Origin: Plasmodiophora brassicae | Taxonomy: Eukaryota | Direction of reading: 5' to 3' | NCBI GenBank assembly: GCA_036867785.1 | Contig: CP145422.1 | Span: 1-64,000, forward strand | Length of the DNA: 64,000 nucleotides | Shown: positions 10,034 through 19,035 of the stretch, piece by piece | Position numbering within the stretch: the first letter of the stretch is position 1 | Layout: each line of letters begins with the position of its first letter | Position numbers and translations under genes: made by a program | Notes under the pieces: model-generated | The model's input: only the letters and a program-made list of their open reading frames with translations | Told to the model about the DNA's origin: nothing | The model's database searches: none

Positions 10034-10329
10034 CGCGTCCTTCTTTGAAACCTTCCCCGAAAGGATGTTCAAGAGATCTCTGTGACGTCCCAACGGTGAT
10101 GGTATATCAGCCGTGTAGTATAATCGTCTGTGTCCCCGACCTGCAGCTCCCACGGACGCCGTGCGGACTCCGTGCGCACTCCGTGCATGTCCGTCATTCT
10201 TAGGGCGGCCTAGCCGGATCACAGCTATTCTTGTCTTATAGCTTGGAGCCGGCACACGCTTTATTATTGCAGCCCCCGTCTATCCGAATTCGATCCGACT
10301 CGAAGCAGATAGTGGCGACTGCAATCACA
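5614..10329 (-). mobile_element. Ty3/gypsy LTR retrotransposon, proximal copy, truncated just after the GPY/F region
   Basis: Same as copy 1 plus 178 bp more of integrase C-terminus (KWRGLYQI...VHGDRVRLY). No chromodomain, PPT or 3' LTR. Confidence 0.95.
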
Positions 10330-10992
10330 GCACGATTGACCTCGGTTTCCGGATGATCCGACCACTGGGGGTCGCTCAGGACTGCCGCGCCTGCACCGAT
10401 TGCAGCGAACGCTGACGCTCGGTGCCGGCTGAGGCGAGGATGACCAGCACGCTCGGGGCACGCGCGTATCGACCTCATCGGCTTGTATTGGACAGTTCTG
10501 GGTGAGGCGACGTGCCGGCGGCGACTTGTCGATAGTAGGCAGGCGTTCGCATATCGATCGCCGGCAACTGGCGCTGGCGGGCGCTGTCGTGCTGGACGAC
10601 CTGCGGGACGGGCAGGTGACTCTCGACAGGCCGGCGGTGACTTCGGCGTGAAGGGCGGCGTTGGCGACCGGCAGCGTCGTCGGATCGTCGGTCGCGCGGG
10701 CGAAGCCCACCATGGAGTCGGCGCCTTCTTCACGTTGGGATGACTCCACGTCTATGGCGTATACCGCCCTCCAACGGGCATGCGCATCGCGAACTCGTGT
10801 AGGAGGCGCCGGAGAACGGCGCACGCTCCATGGTGTACAGCGCATCCGCCCAGGCTACCTACCGCACGCCGCGCCGCCACACGCCACCCGACCGCTTGCA
10901 AAATATCAACGGGGCTATTTTGGGAAGGGATCAAGCGTTTTTTGCGTAACCAAGACCAGGGATACACCTGTCATATCACCCTTTACCATAAT
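5792..10992. repeat. Tandem segmental duplication, proximal (template) copy
   Basis: Same match as above. This copy is continuous with unique sequence on both sides (pol 5614-5791; kinase exon beyond 10992). Confidence 0.97.
10081..10329 (-). repeat. Putative 5' LTR of gypsy copy 2
   Basis: Duplicate of 4702-4950; TGTGA...TCACA termini. Confidence 0.55.
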
Positions 10993-11644
10993 GATATAGC
11001 CGAAATCCTTGTGGCAAAACGTTGCCTCAACCTGCACGATGCTTGCATGCTGCCCGATCGTCTCGGCTGCCTTGACCTCACGCTCATAGTCTTCCTGAGC
11101 CGCCATGCGATAACGCTTTGCGACCCGCACGATGCCATCCCCGGTTCCGTACGCATAGAACAACGAAGACTTCGCTTGGCCAGCGACTGGGAGCACGCCG
11201 TCCAAAATGAACCCGTACGTTTCGCCAATGTAGTGACGGTCCGTCGTGATGAATTGAGACCGCGCCTTGGTTAGGATTCGCTCGGCCTCGTTCTGATTCG
11301 CATGGCGCAGCTCGCCATATGCGGCAACGTCCTTGTCAATTAAGAAATTAAGGTCTCTGGTTGTGACCCGGACGTTGAGCCGTCGCAGGCGATCGCGAAT
11401 GCTCTCGTCTATACACTGGATTTAGCAAAACGGGCGGAAATGGCGTGTAGCCGGTCTACGTACCGACCGGGCGAACGGCCTGGAGGGCGGCCAGGGCAGC
11501 GTCGCGGGCACGCTCGGCGGCGGCGGCGTCGCGCTCCATGTGAGGCAGGCGCGGGTCATCGGGGTTGGCGTCCCGCACGGCCCTGTTCGCGGCCACGGCG
11601 TCGGCGTCGCTCTGCTTGAAAAGCTCCTCCAAAGACTGCGACAT
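10915..11644 (-). pseudogene. Protein kinase gene fragment (N-terminal extension plus N-lobe only)
   Basis: Exon MSQSLEELFK...RPV, a probable short intron, then the open frame IDESIRDRL...FILDGVL...VRVAKRY...DYEREVKA...HASIVQV...GYIIM (VAxK lysine, helix-C Glu, HxxIV). After a probable intron ending at 10915 the frame reads PR*; no HRD or DFG follows. Confidence 0.7.
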
Positions 11645-12252
11645 GATGGCCGCCCACGTCAAACTGGAGTGAAAGTCCGTGTGGACAGACCTGGCCAGGA
11701 AGGTTGTGAGCGTCGCTCCGAGGCTACCAGTCAGGCGCTCCGAGGCCACTAGTCAGGCACTTCAGGTCGCCATCATGTCCGAGGGCAGTGCCAAGCGCAT
11801 GTCGATATCGGGCACGCCAACGCCGGACATGCAGGTTGTTGGTCGATGACGATGATGGCCCGACGGCCACCACAGATGGGGCTCTGCCAGATGTTGTTGG
11901 CGCGAGAACCATGGCACGATTGTCGACAATAGAGTGTACTTACTCAACCGAGAAGCCCGGGCCGCCCGCATGCGAAAATGGGCATGTCGGCGGAGGCTTG
12001 GTACGCCAGCATTATCGTCTGTTGGTGGCGCGCGGCGCCGGCGGCGGCCCACCTTCGCACCGCATTGGGGCGTCGCCCCCCGTGACGACGGCACGTGGAC
12101 GGAAGGATGATGCGTCGCCCGATCGATCCGCCATCGTGTGCCGCACGAATATGCTGGTGCCGAGGGGCGGGAGGGTGCTTGTGGCGTCGAAAGAGAGGAT
12201 GAACGACGAGTGAGGATTTAACTTCATCGGAAAGGAGATGTACATTCGGAGG

Positions 12253-12640
12253 TCAGGGGTAAGTACTGTTGCAGGGTTGCTGGCCTATCTTGCGGCGACC
12301 AGCACAGCGAAGAACCACGTCGCAGCTTGGTGTCCTGGTTCTGACGAACTTACAGCAGGTTCTGCTGCTCGATGCGAAGATACTGATGCACCACGACTGT
12401 GGAAACAGCTTACCCCACCGAATTAATGAGGACGTTGTCGCCAATGTCGCGTTGCTGGAGAGGTACTGCGTGTACGCCTTCATCGTGACGCCCGTGTCTT
12501 GCTTGAATGCGATAGGCCAGCCTTCGCGACCGTGCCAAACCATAATCAGATAGGAAAGGGCGTTGTACAGCGGGTGTGTCTCCTTAACGAAGCGCAGTCC
12601 GCCACCACGTACATGTACATAGCACCAAGTTACGTCCCTT
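12253..12640 (-). mobile_element. Helitron Rep-domain remnant (frameshifted, with stop)
   Basis: LRFVKETHPLYNALSYLIMVWHGREGW...VTMKAYTQYL...LIRWGKLF, then in a shifted frame VVHQYLRIEQQNLL*VRQNQDTKLRR. This matches the Helitron RepHel pattern HPxYxxLxYPLLFxxGExGW...GRLFQQYxVDxYxxIExxRLxxIRxNQxxLR. Confidence 0.8.
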
Positions 12641-15600
12641 GGCAAGCGCGCCCATCGACATTGTCTGCATCGAGAACGACAACATCGAACTTAGGGACCG
12701 TGGGCTCGTTGTCGCGCCGAACATGTTCCCTGCTGGGGCGCTGGCAATGACAACCACGCGCAGATTTGGCGACGTGCACATGCGGCCCTTCCAACCGATT
12801 TCGGACCGGGCACCAAGGTCGGATAAGCCCTGACAGCGGGGTGCATTTATGCAAATTGTGGAGCTGATTGGCCGGTGCTCACTATCGCTCTTGAACTATG
12901 CACTCCGCAGCGATCCCAGTCGCTGGACATTCGTGGTGCCCAACGGCAACGGACGCTCCGTCGTCGATCTCGCCTTGACCCGCGGTCTCGACTCTGCGCG
13001 CCTCAGCGTGGTTGACGCACCGATCAGCACGGCGCATCGCATGCTGGTTGTCGCGAGCGATCACGTCGTGCTGGAACGCGTTGACCCGAAGCGCTACTCC
13101 TGGGCGCGCAGGATGTTCGCTGACCCGGACGATCGCCCAGCCCTGTCGGTCCTGCTGGCCCCGGCCTACAATTACCTACGAGCCCTGTGGATGGATGCCA
13201 CCCTGGATTTCGACGACATCGCTGACCACCCTACCGCAGCCCTGCAGGACGCCGTCGACAGTCTGTACCGCCACACCACTGACGTCCTTCGCGCCGTTCT
13301 CGAGGACATCGCCTGCTGGCCCAGCTCCCGGTCCAAGCGAGGTCGCACCGCAACGATGCGTCCCGACTGGCAGGCGCTGCAGCGCTGCGACCTGCGCTTC
13401 TACCTCAGTTCGATGCGACGCGTCTTTGCAGCCACGTCGCAGCTGCAGCCCAGCCAGCGCCCGTCCATCGAGGAATTCGCCGACCATTGGAAAGCGGTCT
13501 TCGAGAAGCCGGGCGTGGACGACGGCCCGCGCCTGCGTTGCCCGCGTCTCTCCACCGACCTGGACGACGAGGAGCGCCATGCGTTCGGCCCCGCTGTCGT
13601 CACCGCCATCATCAAGCGGCATGAGTGGATGAAGGGGGTCGGCCCGGACAACATACCGATGGACCTCCTGAAGCGTGACCCGGATGCCGCCGGCCCCTGG
13701 ATATCCTGCATGTTCACCTGTTTGTACACTGTGCAGCTCGTGCCGTCTGATTGGCGGTCGGCGCTCGTTGTGCCCGTGCACAAACGGAACACCGAACCCG
13801 CTGACCCGTTGAACTGGCGAGGCATTGCGCTGCAGTCCCACCTCCGGAAGGCATACGAGACGTGTCTGATCACGCACATGCACCTGAAGGGGTGGCTGCA
13901 GATGCACTTCCTGCAGTTTGGATTTCGGCGAGGCATCGGTGTCCCTGAAGCCGTATGGGTGGCTGACGAGCTGACCACCCACTGGGCGTCACGACGCAAG
14001 CCACTGACCGAAGTCCTCCTCGACATGAGGAAGGCGTACGATAGCGCCCGCCGCATCCACGTCTACAACAAGCTGCAGAGGCGCGGTGTGCCGGCCCATG
14101 TCATCGCCGTTCTGCAAGCCCTGTTCGACGGCTGCCACTTCATTATCGCCCTGGACGGGCAGCTCTCCGAGCGGATCGCCGCGCTCGTCGGCCTATTCCA
14201 GGGCGCCATTGGCTCCCCTGATCACTTGTTCAACGTTCTGATCGACGACCTGCCGTACCAGATTGTGTCGCGGTTCGGCGACGAGGGCCCGATGTTCGAC
14301 CACATGCCGGTGCCCTGCCAGTTCTACGCCGACGACACCCTGCTGCACGCCTTCACCGACCAGATGGCCCAGGCCATGATGGACCTCTGCCAGGAGTACG
14401 CGCAGCGGCACGAACTCGAGTGGAACGCGACGAAATGGATCGTCTCCAGGCCGAGGACGTCGACCGCCGCGCAGCCGGCCGCCCTGACCATCGGCGGCAA
14501 CCGCGTCGTCGAGGAGCACGAGCTCGACAAGCCGGTGTGCTTCCTGGGCGCCGTCATGAAGGATGGTCGCCTCGATCATCGAGCCCAGCTCGCCTCGCGG
14601 ACAGCCAGAGCCGAGAAGGCCATGATCGGGATTATGCACTCGGGCGTGTTCAGCACGAAGCACCTGTCGATCGTCCGGAAGACGCGCGTCGTCGGCGCCT
14701 GGATCCGTTCGCGCGCCGAGTACGGACTCGCCATCAGCAACAGCCACGTCGGCCTGCTGAAGAAGCTCGACCAGCTGCAGAAGTCGGCCGCCGCCCTGTT
14801 CTTCGGTGGGTACCGCCGCCGCATCGGCTCGTCCCTGATGCTCCGGTACGCGGGACCCGTGCCCGCCGCTGCCCGCCAAGCCAAGCTGCGCGCCCGGTTC
14901 GCGTTCAAGCAGATCACGTGGTCGGAGCAGATCAAGGATGGCGACCGCGTCCCGTACCTGGTCCGCGTCACGCGTTGGGCGCTCAACAACCCGCGCAGCC
15001 GCTTCAACATGATGCTGAAGGGCTGCAAGGTCTACGCGGACGCGACGGCCATCTACAAGAACGGCGAACAGGCACGCGCGATACGTAACAGCGATGAACT
15101 CGCTGACGTCGAGGCCGGCCGACCGACACGAAAGCGCCCACGCCTGCCCGATCGGCAAGACGCCCTGCTGCAGGCGCTCGAGCTGCACACATGGACCGCT
15201 GCCAACGCGACCTGCAAGCTGATGCGCCTGCAGATGCAGCCGTACAATCTGCCCTTCCCGGCCGCGTACCACTCAGGAGACGACGCGTACGCGGTGGCCT
15301 CCTGGATCACGAACCGGATCCCGGGCTCGAGTGCTCAATGCCGAGGTTGCAACGACCGCAACCTATCCCGGTACCACATGTCGGAGCGGTGCACTGACTC
15401 GACCCGGTTGCTCAGGCCCGTCAGCGATTGGCGCATCCGGGCGCTACACTTCAACAGGGCCGACACCGGGATCGCCATCGACTACGTGGCCATTCAGCTG
15501 AAGTACGATTACGCTCGGCTGACGGCGCCGCCCGCCAGCGAAGCCGACCGCCTGCGCCCTCGTCGGATGCCGGATCCGCGCGACCCGACGTTTCGGCTGA

Positions 15601-16014
15601 GCGATCGCCAGCGACGTTGGCTGGCCATCCTGGGAACGTTCATCCACGCCGTTGCCGCCCGATGCATCCGCGGCGAGCCGCTCCCGATCTCCGCCCAGGG
15701 CGACGCAGCGCTTCCTGGGCTGGACGCGACGCTCTGGAACGAGATCAGCGACGATCGATGAGGAGAACGAGAACGCGCGCGTCGCCGTTGAAGCCGCTGA
15801 ACGTGTCCTCGACGACCCTGCAATGGCCGGGATCCTGGGCGATGCGAAGGCAAGACCACCCGGCCGCGCTCGTGACGATCCCGTGCTGGCCGATCGCGAA
15901 CATGACGGCGCGAACCCTCCCGGGGACAGCATTGCGAACGGCAACACTGAAGACGACACCATCATGCCCGAAGATGATACCGCCGATCCTGGCGGTGACA
16001 CGGATTATGATTGA
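12639..16014 (+). mobile_element. Non-LTR retrotransposon (LINE-like, APE-RT-CCHC), degenerate at the 5' end
   Basis: APE remnants upstream of and within the long ORF, a full RT, a C-terminal Cys/His knuckle and a frameshifted acidic tail. Ends are undefined; no poly(A) or TSD seen. Confidence 0.88.
12849..15761 (+). CDS. LINE ORF2: C-terminal part of AP endonuclease, reverse transcriptase and zinc knuckle
   Basis: APE motifs WTF...SVVDL and SDHVVL. RT motifs KGVGPDNIP, VHKR...NWRGIAL, QFGFRRG, LLDMRKAYDS, GLFQGAIGSP.LF, FYADDT, FLG. C-terminal CRGC...YHMSERC. Confidence 0.92.
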   Translation: MQIVELIGRCSLSLLNYALRSDPSRWTFVVPNGNGRSVVDLALTRGLDSARLSVVDAPISTAHRMLVVASDHVVLERVDPKRYSWARRMFADPDDRPALSVLLAPAYNYLRALWMDATLDFDDIADHPTAALQDAVDSLYRHTTDVLRAVLEDIACWPSSRSKRGRTATMRPDWQALQRCDLRFYLSSMRRVFAATSQLQPSQRPSIEEFADHWKAVFEKPGVDDGPRLRCPRLSTDLDDEERHAFGPAVVTAIIKRHEWMKGVGPDNIPMDLLKRDPDAAGPWISCMFTCLYTVQLVPSDWRSALVVPVHKRNTEPADPLNWRGIALQSHLRKAYETCLITHMHLKGWLQMHFLQFGFRRGIGVPEAVWVADELTTHWASRRKPLTEVLLDMRKAYDSARRIHVYNKLQRRGVPAHVIAVLQALFDGCHFIIALDGQLSERIAALVGLFQGAIGSPDHLFNVLIDDLPYQIVSRFGDEGPMFDHMPVPCQFYADDTLLHAFTDQMAQAMMDLCQEYAQRHELEWNATKWIVSRPRTSTAAQPAALTIGGNRVVEEHELDKPVCFLGAVMKDGRLDHRAQLASRTARAEKAMIGIMHSGVFSTKHLSIVRKTRVVGAWIRSRAEYGLAISNSHVGLLKKLDQLQKSAAALFFGGYRRRIGSSLMLRYAGPVPAAARQAKLRARFAFKQITWSEQIKDGDRVPYLVRVTRWALNNPRSRFNMMLKGCKVYADATAIYKNGEQARAIRNSDELADVEAGRPTRKRPRLPDRQDALLQALELHTWTAANATCKLMRLQMQPYNLPFPAAYHSGDDAYAVASWITNRIPGSSAQCRGCNDRNLSRYHMSERCTDSTRLLRPVSDWRIRALHFNRADTGIAIDYVAIQLKYDYARLTAPPASEADRLRPRRMPDPRDPTFRLSDRQRRWLAILGTFIHAVAARCIRGEPLPISAQGDAALPGLDATLWNEISDDR

Positions 16015-16450
16015 CTCGACGAACAGACTCTGGGGAAGCACAGACAGGACGAATAATCATCATTCGTCATGTCTGTGCTTCCCCAAAGTCTGTTCGTCGA
16101 CTCAATCACGACGCGTCAGCTGTATCCTCACTAATACATATAGAAGCCCTTAAGCTCCTACGTTTCGCCACCACACACCACACTAAACGCGTCTGATAAC
16201 GTTGGGTAAGCGGGTTTAACTCTTCCGCAGCGTCGAGCAATCCACAGAATAGACCAGAACCTGAACCCTGCAAAGGTCCCGGCAGCGAAGCCTGAGAAGC
16301 CACCGGACACATCGAGATCAATGCGCCTAGCAGCAGTCGTCCACGATGGTCACCGTCCGCGACGTTTCCATGGGTGTCCGCCGGCCATCAGTGCACACGA
16401 CGCACGCGAGAAGCTCTTTGGCGGTGGTGGCTGCGCGAACGTCGACGCGG

Positions 16451-17678
16451 TCATCTACGAGGCCGACACTGCCACAGTCCATTCACGTACGTACCTGATT
16501 GGGGCATTCCAGCAATCAATCCTGGCACAGCTGGGCTCGGGTTCGTGAAAGCTTGGGCAATCTCGTCCAACACCTCGGGAAGTACAGTCGCATCCTCACC
16601 TCGGTCAACTGGGCTGTTGCCCATGCGAGATACGACAGAACCGCGAGCCTCCACAGACAACAGCTCAAGACTCTGCTGGATGTGTTTGTCCGCTTGCTCG
16701 AGGTGTTCCAGAGCATCGTTGTACAGGACGCCCATGCACTCAACCTGGCCAATCAGCAGGTGCACGCGGCCGATTAGGGTACGAAGCGGTGACACCATCT
16801 TCGTGGCTTTCGTCGGCGACATTCGTTCGGTGTCCGCCGCAACGGCATCCTCTGCCAGACTGCAGACGGAGGAGGCCAGGTCCAGAATCCGGGTGTACAT
16901 GTCATACAGGATCAGTCGGTCAACGATCAGCTGATGCAGCATCAACCGCGACGCCGAGATCTGGTTCGCGGTCTCGGATATCGCATTCATCAGGTCATCG
17001 ACCGACACACGGGCCACATTCCAGAAGCGTTGCACGGGCAAGTCGACGAAGTTTGCATCGCGGATCGCGAAGTCGTTCCTCGTATGGAGATCGCGACCAA
17101 ACCGAAGCATATGGTCGGTCCCGAGCGAGCGGACGATGGAAACCAGCTTGTCAAAGCGGTCGCGAGAGACATGATGGTCATGGCGCGGTGGCGCGACCGT
17201 CTGTCTTTCGGGGTCGTTCAATATACCGTCGGCCCAGCTGTGCACGCGGGAGATCTCCCGCGTGGAAGATAACACGTTTTTGATCAGGCGCTGCTCCAAG
17301 AGACGGAACACGGTCGTGAAAGCTGGTGCGTTTGGACCATGACGAATAGGCTGGCGAGACGCGCGATTGTTGGCCGAGCGGTCACCCGACGGCCTGGGGA
17401 CGCGCTGGAGCCGGTCGGTACCGAAGGACCGGCCAACGTCGAGAACGGTGAGGTCAGCTTCGCAGAGGGACGATCGCGCCGCTTCCAGTAGCACGACGGC
17501 GTCAGATATGCCCGCGCGGCGGTCGGCAGGGCCGCCGACATTCCCCCTGTACGGTCGTGCCGGCACGTCAGGTACGCATCGACAACGGGCGCATGGCGCG
17601 GGAGGACCTGGTATCGCATCGTGTGCCGGGGTTGCAGACGACGATGAGTGGCAGTAGGACGGCGAGGGCGACGCGCAT
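16451..17678 (-). CDS. Predicted secreted, helical orphan protein (effector candidate), at least 2 exons
   Basis: ATG at 17678 gives a signal-peptide-like MRVALAVLLPLIVVCNPGTRC. A 61-bp intron at 17607-17547 (GT...CCTGAC...CAG) joins it in frame to the 371-aa ORF. The 3' end may be spliced further. Confidence 0.65.
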
Positions 17679-19035
17679 GATCCCGAAGTGATTTGGTGAA
17701 TACTGACACTCTCTCACGGCGTCGCCAGGTTTCCCGGTCCGGGCACTCCGGTGACATCTCCGCACCCAACAATCCCAAAAATAGGATTACTGTGACGTGG
17801 CGTGCCACGTCTGACGAACACTCGCCACCCTTCTGTCCCTCGTCGCTCTCGTCGTCGTCATCGAGCATGTCGCTTCTGCACACAAGTGTAGTGGGAATAG
17901 ACCATGCGGGCGATGGCCTAGCATTATTCCGAGTCGTCCGAGAGAGATATGTCACCATTCTCGACGTCGTCACCAGCAACTGGGCCCTCCTTTGAGAAGA
18001 CATAGACAATGTACGTTCCGTGCCCGTACCTGCATCGCCTTCACGACAAGCCAACCTCATGTGTTTCCGCGCCTTATGGTCCAGGTTCGACAGGTCCACG
18101 GTGAACAACGACACGTTGGTCTGCAATTGCAGGCTACCCACTCCGTGACGGTAACCGCCTCGAGCAATTACCCGTTGGCGGCGCTGACAATGCTGCGCTG
18201 GACGGTGCCCGACATTACCGTCATCGACATGTCACCGTAGCCGGCATCGACGAGCATCGCATATTCGATATCGCGGGATCGCGGTCGGCTGCAGGTTCAC
18301 CTCCACGACTCGATGCTGTGCTCCTGGATCCACAAGTCGAGGAGTTTTTGAGGCGATGTGGCACGTACTGGCCTGACGAAGACGTGTGACAAGGCCGTCA
18401 TCAAGCGTTCTGTTGGCGCCCGGTCGCCCTGAATAGGTGCTTGTCGTCGTAGCGTCCAACCAGTTCTACTTCGACGCTCGATCGAACAGAACCGCCCGGA
18501 GAAAGACGCACCCGGTACGGGCAACGCGCAACGAAGCGAACTTGCGACGTCATGACCCACACACACACTGGTGTACAGGATGTCGTGCCAGGACTCATTT
18601 GGTTGTTGATGGCGCCCTCCTGCGGCTCCTACCTAGGACTGGTGGACCGGGTCGGGGATTACGTCGATGTGTGCCACTACCGCGCATGGGCAACGGAGGT
18701 CGACTTGGGCCACTACAGCGCACGGCCGTGCACTGTAGCGGTGGGGGGCGGGCAACACTGAAAGGGGGCTGGGCTGACTGCGACGCCGACCACCTGGATC
18801 ACTTTTCCGATCGGGATATAGAGCCACTGATCGGCCAGCTCGCTAGTTTGACGACGTCCTACGAGCACTGCTAGCTGTAGACCGTACCGCCCATCTAAGC
18901 CACGAAAAGCGGCCCGCGAACATCGCACTCGTTTCGAGGGCACGCAAGTGGACAACCAGCAGAGTAGGCAAGCGCGCGCAGCCGGCCAGGCAGACGCTGA
19001 AGCCGGCGACGCCCCTGCTTGCTGGGCTCGCCATC

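Noticed and set aside
4702-10329. Reading the two LTR copies as the 5' and 3' LTRs of one intact provirus
   Set aside because: The identity extends far beyond the LTR (5201 bp). About 660 bp of non-element DNA separates the pol end from the next LTR, with no PPT next to it, and pol is cut before its natural end.
11713-11760. Two ~23-bp tandem units (GCTCCGAGGC..C.AGTCAGGC) upstream of the kinase fragment
   Set aside because: Only two imperfect copies; most likely a local slippage duplication with no evident function.
16185-16320. Possible self-cleaving ribozyme in the LINE 3' region (CTGATAAC..., CTGAGAAG..., GCGAAG)
   Set aside because: I could not assemble a hammerhead (CUGANGA/GAAA with three stems) or HDV fold by eye. 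An Infernal/Rfam scan would be needed.
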